A stretch of DNA of 61,472 nt from Candidatus Acidiferrales bacterium (lineage in GTDB: Bacteria > Verrucomicrobiota > Verrucomicrobiia > Limisphaerales > UBA11358): assembly GCA_035499615.1 (NCBI GenBank), contig DATJYM010000341.1, positions 1-61,472 on the forward strand, in the 5' to 3' direction. Within the stretch, counting starts at the first letter, position 1. Each line of letters opens with the position of its first letter. The notes under the pieces were generated by a model. It did not search any database and was not told the DNA's origin. It saw only the letters and a list, made by a program, of their open reading frames with translations. Positions 1 through 10,095 of the stretch are shown here, one piece after another. The translations under genes were made by a program, and so were the position numbers.

Positions 1-853
1 GAAATCCCATCTTGTGCAGCTTGGCGTAGAATCGTGCCGCCTCCTGCACCGCCTTCTTCAGCGTCAAAATGTCCGGCACCTGCGAACCGATGTGAAAATG
101 CAGCAGCTTCAAACAATGGCCGAGATTTTCCGCCTTCAACAATTCCGTCGCGGTCAAAAGTTCCACCGTGCTCAGGCCGAACTTCGCGTTTTCGCCGCCG
201 CTCTCGGCCCACTTGCCCGCGCCCTTGCTCAACAGCCGCGCCCGGATGCCGATGAGCGGTTCGACCCCGAGTTGTTTGGAAATGGAAATAATTTGCCGCA
301 GCTCCTCAAGTTTTTCGACGACCATGATGACGGTCTTGCCCAGTTTGATGCCGAGCATGGCCATTTTGACGAACTCGGCGTCCTTATAACCGTTGCAGAT
401 GATCAGGCACCCCATCTGATTTTGCAGCGCCAGGCCGGCAAACAATTCCGGCTTGCTGCCGACTTCGAGGCCGAATTCGTACGATTTGCCCGCGTCGAGA
501 ATTTCCTCCACCACCTCGCGCAACTGATTGACCTTGATGGGGAACACGCCGCGGTACCGGCCCTGGTAATTATATTCCGTGATGGCGGTGCGAAACGCCT
601 GATTCAGTGATTCAACGCGGTGGCGCAAAATGTCCTGAAACCGGATGAGCAGCGGAAATTTCAACCCGCGCGCCTTGGCTTCCTCAATGACATCCGTCAA
701 ATCCACCGCCACGCCCGCGTCCTGCAACGGACGCGCCACGACGTGTCCGGCCTCGTTGATGTCGTAGTACTTCGCGCCCCAGCGGCGGATGTTGTAAAGA
801 GCGCGCGCCGCGTCAATGTTCCACGGCGAGTTTGCGTCGGTTGAATTGCTCAT
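1..853 (-). CDS. speA: Biosynthetic arginine decarboxylase, N-terminal part; the gene runs off the left edge of the window
   Basis: My own reverse-strand translation starts at the ATG (complement of 851-853): MSNSTDANSPWNIDAARALYNIRRWGAKYYDINEAGHVVARP...GVFPIKVNQLREVV...LLHFHIGSQVPDI. The frame is open to position 1 and is missing from the ORF track because it has no in-window stop. The sequence fits the SpeA-type PLP decarboxylase N-terminus, including the FPIKVNQ lysine motif. The tracked ORF 14..610 (+) is its antisense shadow. Confidence 0.85.
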   Translation of the reverse strand, partial: MSNSTDANSPWNIDAARALYNIRRWGAKYYDINEAGHVVARPLQDAGVAVDLTDVIEEAKARGLKFPLLIRFQDILRHRVESLNQAFRTAITEYNYQGRYRGVFPIKVNQLREVVEEILDAGKSYEFGLEVGSKPELFAGLALQNQMGCLIICNGYKDAEFVKMAMLGIKLGKTVIMVVEKLEELRQIISISKQLGVEPLIGIRARLLSKGAGKWAESGGENAKFGLSTVELLTATELLKAENLGHCLKLLHFHIGSQVPDILTLKKAVQEAARFYAKLHKMGF

Positions 854-951
854 CTCATGAATCCATGCGAACTATAGAATGCTATACGGAGTATTCAATA
901 CGCGGAATGAACAATTTTGGAAATAGAAAAAAGCGCCACACCCATTTCGGG

Positions 952-1365
952 CTACCAATCCACAACGCAATTTTTACGTGTGAATTGGGTGCTTTGGTTC
1001 GTGTACTGCTGAAATTCCACATCCGTCCCGTCGGGATCCTTGCACCAGCACTGCCAGGTCTGGTCGCAGCCCAGTTTTTTGGGCGTCACCTCCACGCCGC
1101 GCCGGATTAACGCATCGCGCATCGCGTCCATGTCCTCCACTTCCAGACAGAAATGGTGGATTCGCTGGTGACGGACTTCCGCCGGGCCATCGGTTTTAAA
1201 AATTTCGATGAAATGACCGGGGCCGACTTCAAGGTAAAATCCGAACAGGACGCCGTCCTTGAAAAAGTCAAAATGCTTTTTCAAGCCGAGCGTGCCGCAA
1301 TAAAAATCCAGGCTCCGGTTTAGATCCCCAGAAAGAATGCAAATGTGAGCAACATTTTTGATCAT
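952..1365 (-). CDS. VOC-family (glyoxalase/bleomycin-resistance/dioxygenase fold) protein
   Basis: 137-aa ORF. MIKNVAHICILSGDLNRSLDFYCGTLGL and HHFCLEVEDMDAMRDAL fit the paired beta-alpha-beta-beta-beta VOC modules with His/Glu metal ligands. Confidence 0.75.
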   Translation of the reverse strand: MIKNVAHICILSGDLNRSLDFYCGTLGLKKHFDFFKDGVLFGFYLEVGPGHFIEIFKTDGPAEVRHQRIHHFCLEVEDMDAMRDALIRRGVEVTPKKLGCDQTWQCWCKDPDGTDVEFQQYTNQSTQFTRKNCVVDW

Positions 1366-1476
1366 ATCTAACGCGGGGCACTATAGAACCCGGCGCATGA
1401 AATTCAAGAACCGGCTCAAGATTTTTTGACGCGCTTCAAGCTTTGCAAGACGGGGCTGACCTGTTTACATCGCTTC

Positions 1477-2238
1477 ATGCCGAAGGTTTTACTCGGAACC
1501 ATTGTCGCCCATTGTGACAGGATTCTTGGTGTCGCCGACATCAAGGACTTTCCCGGCGCGGCCAACGGCTTGCAGGTTGCGAATGGCGGAGGGGTCAGTC
1601 GCATAGTCGCCACCGTGGATGCGAGTCTGGCCACGGTGAAACTCGCCGTGGCCGTCAGGGCGGATTTGCTCATCGTCCATCACGGTTTGTTTTGGAACGT
1701 GCGCCAGCCATGGACGGGGAGGAACTACGAACTGCTCCGGTTGCTAATCGAGAGCAATCTTGCGGTTTACAGCTCGCACCTGCCGCTGGATTTTCACCCG
1801 AAACTTGGCAACAACGTGATTCTTTGTGCCGCCCTGGGTTTGAAGAAACTCCGCCCATTTTTATTCAAAGATGGACAGGCTTATGGCTTGCAATCGCAGA
1901 CCAAAATCTCGCGTTCGGTGCTGGCTTCCCGCCTGCAGCGCGTCACCGGAGAAAAGGCGCTGATCGTACCCGGCGGAAGCAAACACTGTGAACGTATCGG
2001 TGTAATCACCGGCGGCGCAGGAGATTTTTTGCAGAAAGCCGCCGAGGAAGGGGTGGACACTTTTATCACCGGTGAGGGGCCGCATTGGACGTATGCGCTG
2101 GCGGAGGAGCTGGGCGTCAACGTTCTTTACGGTGGACATTACGCGACGGAAACCTTCGGAGTGAAGGCGCTGGCGGCGCATCTCTCAAAAAAATTCGGGG
2201 TTCCCTGGACGTTTCTGGATCATCCGACGGGATTATAA
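1477..2238 (+). CDS. NIF3/YbgI family dinuclear-metal-centre protein (GTP cyclohydrolase 1 type 2 homologue)
   Basis: Tracked ORF 1426..2238. I prefer the ATG at 1477; the TTG at 1426 is the alternative. LLIVHHGLFW, YSSHLPLD and YGGHYATE are the conserved NIF3 metal-binding motifs. Confidence 0.85.
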   Translation: MPKVLLGTIVAHCDRILGVADIKDFPGAANGLQVANGGGVSRIVATVDASLATVKLAVAVRADLLIVHHGLFWNVRQPWTGRNYELLRLLIESNLAVYSSHLPLDFHPKLGNNVILCAALGLKKLRPFLFKDGQAYGLQSQTKISRSVLASRLQRVTGEKALIVPGGSKHCERIGVITGGAGDFLQKAAEEGVDTFITGEGPHWTYALAEELGVNVLYGGHYATETFGVKALAAHLSKKFGVPWTFLDHPTGL

Positions 2239-2261
2239 AATTGAGGCGGTAGAGCCGGGAT

Positions 2262-4973
2262 TTAACTGGCCGATGTTCGTCGTGTGGAAAAAATCAAAAG
2301 TCCGCACAGCAGGATTCCGACGCCGATGGCCGAAAGGCTGACATAAAGCGGGTCCAGGGGAAGTGAAAATTTGAACTCCACCAAATGGGCGCCCGGCGTC
2401 ACAAAAACGCCGCGCATGATGAAATTGCAGCGAAGCAGGGGCGCAGGTTTGCCGTCCACCAACACATGCCAGTTGGGGTCATATTTGTCATTGAGCAGCA
2501 GCACCGACGGCACGTCGGCCTGCGTGGTCAATTGGATGTCGGCCGGGGAGTAGCTTTTGAACTCGACCGTGCCGGTATTTTCGTTGGTGGCGCTGGCCGC
2601 CGGCGAAGTTGGCAACGGCTCGGAAACCAAAACGCTTTTCCACGGGTCAAAGTTCGTGCTTACGAGGGTGCGGAGCGTCATACTGCCGTTCGTGCTGACT
2701 TCCCAACTTGAATACAGCCTGGCTCGCGGCAGGGCGCCGGTAAATTCGAACAGCGCGCAGGCGCCATTGTTGCTGGGTACCGCGGTCAATTCCTCATAAG
2801 TGGTGACCTGATCGACGCCGGGTTTTGGTTGTATATCAAACCGAGCGATAATGCGGAAGCGGCGTTGTACCGGGTCAAGTTGTGAGTTCAAGGCATCAAG
2901 AAATCCGGCGGGGCCGAGCAGGTAGCGAGTGTTGGTCAACTCCCAGCGCCGGGTGACGAGGTACGCCGAATCCGGCGTACCTTGCGGCGTCAGCGCTTCA
3001 TGATACGCCGCCAGGTCTTCCGGCATGCGCGACATCTGAATGATATCCAGCGACTGGATGTTGTAATAAGTGAACAGTTGCTGTGACCATTCGATGTTGT
3101 AAAGTCCTTCAAACTGGTCATCGTAGGCGGGCATATGTTCAGGTGCGTGATAGCGCAGCAAAGCAACGCGATGTTCGTAAGGTTTGTTGCGCAACAGATT
3201 GATGATCGGATTCGTCGAATTGGCCAGGTTGGCCGGATCAATTTCATATTTTTGCGGATAGTTCCAAAAGACAATCCAAGGCAGGTCCGCACGTCCCAAA
3301 TCGACTACGAGCAACGCGCCAAGAAACACTCCGGCCCAGCGCGCCCGGCGTCCGGCGAATGCGCCACAGAGGATCAAGGTGAGCAGTCCGGCGGACAGGA
3401 CAAAGAACAAAATGAACCAGCCGACCTGATGGACGCTGAAGGCAGCGATGGGACCGGCCAGATTGTCATCGGGAAAACCAACCTTTTTCAAATAAGAAAT
3501 CAGGTTCGGCTTCTGTAGGGCGTAAACCAACCAGGCCAGCAGACTGCCTATCAGAACCACGATACAGGCCGAAGTCCAATTTCGATCGAAGCCGCGGGCT
3601 TTGGCCCGCCACGTTTTAAGCTGGGTAAGCAGGGAAGTGGAACCGGTGGCTGGAACTTCCAGATACCGTCGGCTCAGTCCGTGGATGCCATAGGCAAAAA
3701 TGATGACGATGGCCCATGAAAAAACGAAGAGGAATTTCATGGGATTGCGAATGGTCGAAAGATGAAGGTAAGGGAGGAAATAAACGAACCGGTAAAACGA
3801 CGCGAACGGCGAGAACCGGCCAAATGCCAAAAGCAGCGAAACCAGCAACACCGCTGCCCAGAACCAGAGGAACCGTCGGTGAGTGTCGGAGAAAACTGAG
3901 TTCTGTCGCCGCAGCGATTGAGCCATAGCCCAGCAAGCCACCAAAATGACGAGGATACCGGCATAGTTGCCCGTGCCACAGAAGCGTTGGAAGCCTTGCG
4001 GCGAACCCTGCTCACCGCTGTCAAGATAGCGGTCCCAGGATGGATCACGACCCACACCGCCCCAATAATTGCCGCCACCGGTTGTGTCCATTCGGTAGCC
4101 GAACAAGCCCGGCACAATGATTCCAAACGCTTCGGATTTAGGGAGACTCCATTGCGTTGCCCAGTCCCAATGTGCCGCCTGTGCTTCCGCGTTTTGTTCG
4201 GTGCCGGCGATACCTTGCACATTGGCTCCTATCAGCGCCACGATGGCTTGAGCCGCAAAAAAGCCGGCAAAGGCTGCAATGACCGTGATTCGCCCGACAG
4301 CGCGTCCGATTTTTTTTATCGTCGTGCCGTCTTCGGTGAATGACTGATAGAGGGCAAAGGCAGCAACCAACAAACTAAAAATGGCGCCGATGTCCGCGGC
4401 CTCGACCACGTTGAGGCCGACGGCGAATCCGGCCAGGGCCAGCCGGATCCAGCGGACCAACCTCGGCGTCGTGGTTGAATTTGAAACGATCAGGGCCAGC
4501 GCGAAGAAATCCATGCCGAAAGCCATTTGATGAGGAGCCGTGCCCCAGCAGGCATCGGAAAAGAAGGTGGAGGTCAGCATGGCGGCCAGCGCACCCAAAG
4601 TCGCCGCCAGGGGTGAAAGCTTCAACTGTCGGAAAAAGGTCCAGGCGCCAAATCCCAAAATCAACAACCCGATGGGCGCAACAAACTTCGAGTAACCGAC
4701 CGGTCCCAATACCCAGAAGACCAACGTGTCGATTGAGGGCGCAATGGTGCCGACGCCGAGGCCAATGTCGTTAAGATCGTACCAGCATCCGGTGAAACCG
4801 GCGGGGAGCTGGCGCCAGGCGGCATTTTGCTGTCCCAGCGGTCCGTCGTTGGAGAAGTGAACATAGCCCGGCAAAAAGCACTTCCAAAACAGCAACCCGA
4901 GAATGATGGCCAGCAGCGCCAGCACTTCCAACGCCTGGAATTTGGATTTTTGAATCGAATTGGCTGGTTTCAT
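2262..4973 (-). CDS. Large polytopic membrane protein, YfhO-like GT-C glycosyltransferase candidate
   Basis: 903 aa with many hydrophobic segments across the N-terminal ~550 aa. The C-terminal soluble part ends ...LLLNDKYDPNWHVLVDGKPAPLLRCNFIMRGVFVTPGAHLVEFKF plus a final TM helix, which is the typical YfhO-family C-terminus. Confidence 0.6.
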   Translation of the reverse strand: MKPANSIQKSKFQALEVLALLAIILGLLFWKCFLPGYVHFSNDGPLGQQNAAWRQLPAGFTGCWYDLNDIGLGVGTIAPSIDTLVFWVLGPVGYSKFVAPIGLLILGFGAWTFFRQLKLSPLAATLGALAAMLTSTFFSDACWGTAPHQMAFGMDFFALALIVSNSTTTPRLVRWIRLALAGFAVGLNVVEAADIGAIFSLLVAAFALYQSFTEDGTTIKKIGRAVGRITVIAAFAGFFAAQAIVALIGANVQGIAGTEQNAEAQAAHWDWATQWSLPKSEAFGIIVPGLFGYRMDTTGGGNYWGGVGRDPSWDRYLDSGEQGSPQGFQRFCGTGNYAGILVILVACWAMAQSLRRQNSVFSDTHRRFLWFWAAVLLVSLLLAFGRFSPFASFYRFVYFLPYLHLSTIRNPMKFLFVFSWAIVIIFAYGIHGLSRRYLEVPATGSTSLLTQLKTWRAKARGFDRNWTSACIVVLIGSLLAWLVYALQKPNLISYLKKVGFPDDNLAGPIAAFSVHQVGWFILFFVLSAGLLTLILCGAFAGRRARWAGVFLGALLVVDLGRADLPWIVFWNYPQKYEIDPANLANSTNPIINLLRNKPYEHRVALLRYHAPEHMPAYDDQFEGLYNIEWSQQLFTYYNIQSLDIIQMSRMPEDLAAYHEALTPQGTPDSAYLVTRRWELTNTRYLLGPAGFLDALNSQLDPVQRRFRIIARFDIQPKPGVDQVTTYEELTAVPSNNGACALFEFTGALPRARLYSSWEVSTNGSMTLRTLVSTNFDPWKSVLVSEPLPTSPAASATNENTGTVEFKSYSPADIQLTTQADVPSVLLLNDKYDPNWHVLVDGKPAPLLRCNFIMRGVFVTPGAHLVEFKFSLPLDPLYVSLSAIGVGILLCGLLIFSTRRTSAS

Positions 4974-5093
4974 AGATGCGCGGCCGGGCGAAATGTGCGC
5001 TTACTCATAATTTCCCATCCGGCGCGTGTCAAGACTGCACTGACGAACAATGCAAAACTTAACCTTGCTTTTACCCGACTCCACCGCTCTAAC

Positions 5094-6188
5094 ATGAGTC
5101 CACCTGACATGAAGGTATTAATTACCGGGATTTGTGGGTTTGTGGGCTCAACCCTTGCCTGCGCCTTGCAGGATCAAGGCTCTGCCGGGGAACCGGTGAA
5201 CATCTTTGGCGTGGACAATTTTTCCCGCGCCGGCAGTGAAACGAACCGGCACATCCTGCGACGACGGGGGATAAAATTTTATCATGGCGATTTGCGTCTG
5301 GCGTCGGATTTGGATGCGCTGCCTGCCTTTGACTGGGTGATTGACGCGGCGGCGAATCCCAGTGTGCTGGCGGGTGTGGACGGCAAGACCAGCAGCCGCC
5401 AGATCCTCGACCACAATCTGGCATCCACCATCAACGTATTGGAGCTTTGCAAGCGGCATAAAGCGGGCTTTATCCTGCTAAGCACCAGTCGCGTTTACTC
5501 CATTCCCGCATTGGCCCGCCTGCCAATGTCGGAGAAGAACGGGGCGTTCGCACTCGATTCCGGCAAACCGCTGCCGCAAGGAGTTTCGGCACGGGGTGTG
5601 GCTGCAGATTTCTCCACCCGACCGCCATTATCGCTCTATGGCGCCAGTAAACTGGCCTCGGAGACCCTGGCGCTGGAGTACGGCGAAGCATTCGGCCTGC
5701 CGGTTTGGATCAACCGTTGCGGCCTGCTGGCGGGTGCGGGACAATTCGGACGCCCCGATCAGGGCATCGTCAGCTTTTGGATCAATGCCTGCCTGCGCCG
5801 CCGCCCGCTCAAATACATCGGCTTTAATGGCCGCGGTCATCAAACGCGCGATGTCTTGCATCCGCGCGATCTGGTCCCGCTGTTGTTCAAACAGGTTGCC
5901 TACCCGGGCCGGCCGGAGGACCGGATTTTCAATTTTGGTGGCGGCCCGGCCAATGCCTTTTCGCTGCGGCAACTCACCGGTTGGTGCGCCGATCGGTTTG
6001 GGGAGCATAAAATCGAAGCGGATCCGACGCCGCGCCAGTTTGACATTCCATGGTTGATTATGGATTCAAATCGCGCCGGCAAATTCTGGGACTGGCATCC
6101 TCGGATGAAGCTGGAGGAAATTTTTGACGAAATCGCACGCCATGCTCAAGAGCATGAAAGCTGGCTGGAACTATCAGCCGATTTTTAG
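5094..6188 (+). CDS. NAD-dependent epimerase/dehydratase (extended SDR), CDP-paratose/tyvelose 2-epimerase-like
   Basis: The tracked ORF starts at 4827, but that start would overlap the YfhO-like gene. The ATG at 5094 (MSPPDMKVLITGICGFVGSTLA, a Rossmann GxxGxxG) fits. It also carries YGASK (YxxxK) and GRGHQTRDVLHPRDLV...FNFGGGP motifs. Confidence 0.8.
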   Translation: MSPPDMKVLITGICGFVGSTLACALQDQGSAGEPVNIFGVDNFSRAGSETNRHILRRRGIKFYHGDLRLASDLDALPAFDWVIDAAANPSVLAGVDGKTSSRQILDHNLASTINVLELCKRHKAGFILLSTSRVYSIPALARLPMSEKNGAFALDSGKPLPQGVSARGVAADFSTRPPLSLYGASKLASETLALEYGEAFGLPVWINRCGLLAGAGQFGRPDQGIVSFWINACLRRRPLKYIGFNGRGHQTRDVLHPRDLVPLLFKQVAYPGRPEDRIFNFGGGPANAFSLRQLTGWCADRFGEHKIEADPTPRQFDIPWLIMDSNRAGKFWDWHPRMKLEEIFDEIARHAQEHESWLELSADF

Positions 6189-6205
6189 TCTTTGATTGGG
6201 AGGCG

Positions 6206-7237
6206 TCAAGCCGCGGCCAACCGCTCCAAAATTTGGTCCAGGGACTGGGTGATTCGCCAGTTCGGATAGTGGTCCTTCAATTTTCGCAAATCGCTGATAT
6301 AACAGATGTGGTCACCCTTGCGCGCCTGATCCACATACCCGGTTTTGACTTTGCAACCCAGCAGGGTTTCGATTTTTGACACACATTCGAGCAATGACGC
6401 GGCATTTTCGCGTCCGCCCCCGAGATTGTACACTTCGCCGGGCCGGGGATTTTTCGCGAATTCGACAAAAGCCGAGATGACATCGGAGCTGTGGATTTGA
6501 TCCCGCACCTGCTTGCCTTTGTAACCGAAAATGGAGTAGGTCTGACCGGCTTTGGCGACTTTCATCAGGTAGGACAAAAAGCCGTGCGCCTGCGCGCCGG
6601 AGTGATGCTCACCCGTGAGGCAGCCGCCGCGAAAAATGCCGACGTTCATTTTAAAATAACGTCCATACTCCTGAGCCATGACGTCGGCGGCGGTCTTGCT
6701 CGCCCCAAAAAGGCTGTGCAGTGTATGATCGATCCGGCAATTTTCGTTTACGCCATGCCAATCTTCGGGCCGGGCATATTCCCAACGCGTGGGCAACTCC
6801 TTCAATGGAATTTCGTTGGGCGCGTCACCGTATACCTTGTTCGTCGACATGAAAATGAAAACGGCTTCCTTGTTTGATTGCCGGGTGGCTTCGAGTAAAT
6901 TCAGCGTGCCGCCGGCATTGACGTCGAAATCAATAAAGGGGATTTCCGCCGCCTTGTCATGCGAAGGTTGTGCGGCACAGTGAACGATCAGGTCGAACCG
7001 TTCCTTCCGGAACAGGTCCAGGATTTTTTGCCGGTCGCGGATGTCCAGGCTCAGGTGGCGAAAATGCCGGGCGGTCTTTTTCAAATGTTCCAGATTCCAC
7101 AGGGTGTCGCCGGCGGGCCCGAAGAATTCGCGACGCAGGTTGTTATCCACGCCGATGACTTCGTGGCCTTCGCGGTCAAAATAAAGGACGGCTTCAGAAC
7201 CAATCAATCCGTTTGAACCGGTGACCAGAATTTTCAT
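6206..7237 (-). CDS. NAD-dependent epimerase/dehydratase (extended SDR), CDP-paratose 2-epimerase-like paralogue
   Basis: 343 aa with [21 protein letters not shown] (YxxxK-equivalent region), [13 protein letters not shown] and [10 protein letters not shown]. It lies convergent with, and is clearly related to, 5094..6188. Confidence 0.8.
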   Translation of the reverse strand: MKILVTGSNGLIGSEAVLYFDREGHEVIGVDNNLRREFFGPAGDTLWNLEHLKKTARHFRHLSLDIRDRQKILDLFRKERFDLIVHCAAQPSHDKAAEIPFIDFDVNAGGTLNLLEATRQSNKEAVFIFMSTNKVYGDAPNEIPLKELPTRWEYARPEDWHGVNENCRIDHTLHSLFGASKTAADVMAQEYGRYFKMNVGIFRGGCLTGEHHSGAQAHGFLSYLMKVAKAGQTYSIFGYKGKQVRDQIHSSDVISAFVEFAKNPRPGEVYNLGGGRENAASLLECVSKIETLLGCKVKTGYVDQARKGDHICYISDLRKLKDHYPNWRITQSLDQILERLAAA

Positions 7238-7342
7238 TCGGTTTATGCTAAAGCATCGAAGCAGGAGAGAAAAGCTTTCCTGCCATGGTGACTCCGGCGA
7301 ATCATCGGCCGGGACATGATATTAAGGACAATTAGCCGCGAA

Positions 7343-8413
7343 TCATTTACGATTGTTGGGAGTGGTTTTTCGGGAATCTGCAGTTTTATCCATCCGTTCA
7401 ATTTTGGAGGAGGACCGTTTGTCCGGGATTTGCGCGGGGATAACGACACCACCTGGATTCAGGAGATATTCTCGGATGGCCAGAATCGAAATCGGCAGGA
7501 TATCCAGCATGATACGAAATTCGTCCAACGCGCCGGCCAACAATGCCGCCAGAAAGAAGATGCCGATGACGGCCTTGGTCCCCCTCTCAATCCGGGTTCG
7601 CATGGGCAGCAAAAGGGAAATGATAAACGTGCCGCCATTGACGAAAATGAAGTGGTTCAGGCTGGGCGTGGCCAATTCTTTGAGGTTCAGGAAAAAGGTG
7701 GAATCCTTAAAGAGGTTTTTCTGCGTGCCCGAAACGAATTGGTTGGTTAGGAGTGAAATTTTACCGTCGATCGCCAGGGTGATTCCGACTTTCATCGCCA
7801 AACCTATGGCGGCGGTAGCCGCCAGATATCGAACCTTGTTCCCTGTGGTAAGATCGGTGAAAAAGAAAAGCACCCCGGATAAAATGATGGTTTCCTTAAA
7901 GAAGTAGCCGACAAACATTACCAATAACATCGATTTGTAATGTCTCTTTCGCCAGAGAAGGTAATTTAAAGTGAAGAACGTCATCCCGGGTATGTCCCAC
8001 GGGTAAGCATAATAACTCGCCTTGGGTGTGAACATATACAACATGCAGGCAAAACAGGCCGTTGTAACGAACAGCGGGTCGTCCACGAGAAATATCAGCA
8101 TCGCGAAAAAGAGAAAGAGCCAGACCGAGTGGTAGATGCCAAATGCCTGCTGCGCATCCTCAACACGAAGTCCACCATCCTTTACCGCGCTGTCCACCAG
8201 TTTGCCTGAAATCCACATGCCTCCAATGCGAGAACGCCAGACGGGGTAAATAGTATTTAAATGGGGGCTGGATTGGGACATGGCGGAAAAGACCCAGAAG
8301 TTCGTTCCGTTTCCCGGGGTCCCCATGGCAAACGGCTTGACAATATAGTAATAGGTGACCGCCAATGACAGAGCGACAAATAACGAAACAAGTTTTGTCT
8401 TTAACGTGTTCAT
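7343..8413 (-). CDS. Polytopic integral membrane protein of unknown family (Wzy-type polymerase or ligase candidate by context only)
   Basis: The tracked ORF runs to 8506. The ATG at 8413 (MNTLKTKLVSLFVALSLAV...) lies just after the stop of the upstream methyltransferase gene at 8424. It has about 9-10 hydrophobic segments and no soluble catalytic motif I recognise. Confidence 0.6.
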   Translation of the reverse strand: MNTLKTKLVSLFVALSLAVTYYYIVKPFAMGTPGNGTNFWVFSAMSQSSPHLNTIYPVWRSRIGGMWISGKLVDSAVKDGGLRVEDAQQAFGIYHSVWLFLFFAMLIFLVDDPLFVTTACFACMLYMFTPKASYYAYPWDIPGMTFFTLNYLLWRKRHYKSMLLVMFVGYFFKETIILSGVLFFFTDLTTGNKVRYLAATAAIGLAMKVGITLAIDGKISLLTNQFVSGTQKNLFKDSTFFLNLKELATPSLNHFIFVNGGTFIISLLLPMRTRIERGTKAVIGIFFLAALLAGALDEFRIMLDILPISILAIREYLLNPGGVVIPAQIPDKRSSSKIERMDKTADSRKTTPNNRK

Positions 8414-8423
8414 CCTGCTCGAT

Positions 8424-9152
8424 TCAAGGCAAGGCCGGGGAGGAGGGGGTAACTTGCGTACGATCTTTGGCGGAATCCAGGGCGCCTTCCGGTTTCTGTG
8501 CAACAATGAAGAACTGTTTTCCCCAAAAACGCCAGGCCCATGGAATTTTCAAGTACAGTTTGAGTAAATAAATCGGATACTGGACTCCGCGGGCCATCGT
8601 ATAAGGCAGAAATCTATCGACACAGCGAATCATTTCGAAGCCGTGAATTTTTAGTCCTTCCACCAGCGACGTTTCTGTTAATGGAAGATAGTGATCCCAA
8701 AAATCCCAATAGGCTCCCGGCAAGTATTTAATATTGGGTCCCAACGCAATCAGCTTTCCGCCGGGTCTTAGGGAACGAAATGCCTGTTCCAACGTCGAGG
8801 CCAGCGCTGGTTTGCCCGGAAGATGCTCAAAAAAGTTGCTGGTAAAAACCACGTCCAACGAGCCTTGGGCAAGATTCCAGGGGGTGGAACAATCCTGCTG
8901 CAAAAATCGAACATCAGCTGATAATCGTTTGGCCGTATCCGGATTCATATCCATCCCAAATTTGATACGACAGCGAGCATTGTTAATAAACTCTCCGTAA
9001 CCGCAGCCAATATCCAATACTGCCGCATCAAGCGGAATATAAGTTTGCATGAAATCATCGATCAAAACCCGCCAGACGCGATTGCGATAATTTTGTTTGC
9101 CCTTAAATCGTTGATCGTAAATAGCAGCCAACTCGTTTTCGCCGTGAGTCAT
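8424..9152 (-). CDS. Class I SAM-dependent methyltransferase
   Basis: 242 aa. VLDIGCGYGEF is SAM motif I and LRPGGKLIALGP is the post-I/II region. It overlaps the upstream GT2 gene by 4 nt. Confidence 0.8.
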   Translation of the reverse strand: MTHGENELAAIYDQRFKGKQNYRNRVWRVLIDDFMQTYIPLDAAVLDIGCGYGEFINNARCRIKFGMDMNPDTAKRLSADVRFLQQDCSTPWNLAQGSLDVVFTSNFFEHLPGKPALASTLEQAFRSLRPGGKLIALGPNIKYLPGAYWDFWDHYLPLTETSLVEGLKIHGFEMIRCVDRFLPYTMARGVQYPIYLLKLYLKIPWAWRFWGKQFFIVAQKPEGALDSAKDRTQVTPSSPALP

Positions 9153-9925
9153 AGTTTTTTACGATAATCACCCCGGCTGAAGTATTTTTCCAGCCAAACG
9201 TAAAGGCAGATAAAAAGATAACGGCTGCCCATTTCCTTGATCTTTAATTTCGGGGTTCCGGTCCGGCGATTGTGCCACGTGATGGGTATCATTGTCCACG
9301 AAAACCCGCGAACGATGGCCTTGAGTGGCAATTCCACCGTCAGATTGAAGTGTGGCGAAATCAAAGGCCGGCAACCGTCGATGACCTCGCGCCGATAAGC
9401 CTTGAATGCATTGGTGGTATCGTTGAGTTTGATTCCAAACAGAACCCGGATGAACAGATTGGCCAGACGATTGAGCAATAGTTTAAAGTGCGGATAATCA
9501 ATCACGCCGCCGCCTGCGGCAAACCGGGTTCCGAATACACAATCATAACCTTCGCCCAGCCGTTTCCAATATCTGACCACGTCGCGACAGTCATCCGATT
9601 CGTCAGCCATCATGATGACGAAGGCGTCACCTCGCGAGTGGTCCAGGCCCTGGATCACGGCGCGTCCGAAACCATGTGGTGCTGAATTTTGGCATGGATA
9701 AAGTTCCGGAACCTCGTTTTTCAATCTGGACAGAATCATCCAGGTGGCATCGGTGCTGCCGTCATCCACCACGACAATTTCATGCGGAACATTTTGCAGG
9801 CGCAGCTCCAGATGCAAATGCTCGACCGTCGAGGCGATACAACCCTCTTCGTCGCGGGCGGGAATCACCACAGACAATAATTTAAGCTCAGGGCTGTTGG
9901 GATTGGGTGGGGGACTTTCCATCAA
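9149..9925 (-). CDS. Family 2 glycosyltransferase, polyprenyl-phosphate sugar synthase (DPM1/GtrB)-like
   Basis: 258 aa with LSVVIPARDEEGCI, VVVDDGSTDAT and MMADESDD (DXD-like region). Confidence 0.8.
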   Translation of the reverse strand: MMESPPPNPNSPELKLLSVVIPARDEEGCIASTVEHLHLELRLQNVPHEIVVVDDGSTDATWMILSRLKNEVPELYPCQNSAPHGFGRAVIQGLDHSRGDAFVIMMADESDDCRDVVRYWKRLGEGYDCVFGTRFAAGGGVIDYPHFKLLLNRLANLFIRVLFGIKLNDTTNAFKAYRREVIDGCRPLISPHFNLTVELPLKAIVRGFSWTMIPITWHNRRTGTPKLKIKEMGSRYLFICLYVWLEKYFSRGDYRKKL

Positions 9926-10095
9926 ACTAGGACGTTTCAGGCAAGTGTGGAGTTATTCAACGCAATTGGCAACCACGACAAATGTCTTCGAAAGCAACCT
10001 ACCCATGAGCAAATTATTATATAAAAAGCTGAGATTCTTCAAGAAAGACAGTCAGGCAATCAACAAGCTGTCGAATTTGGGGGACAGTGTGAAAA

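Noticed and set aside
14-610. 198-aa plus-strand ORF at the left edge
   Set aside because: It is the antisense shadow of the speA reading frame, which carries clear SpeA motifs. Its Arg/Gln/Leu-rich composition shows no family signal.
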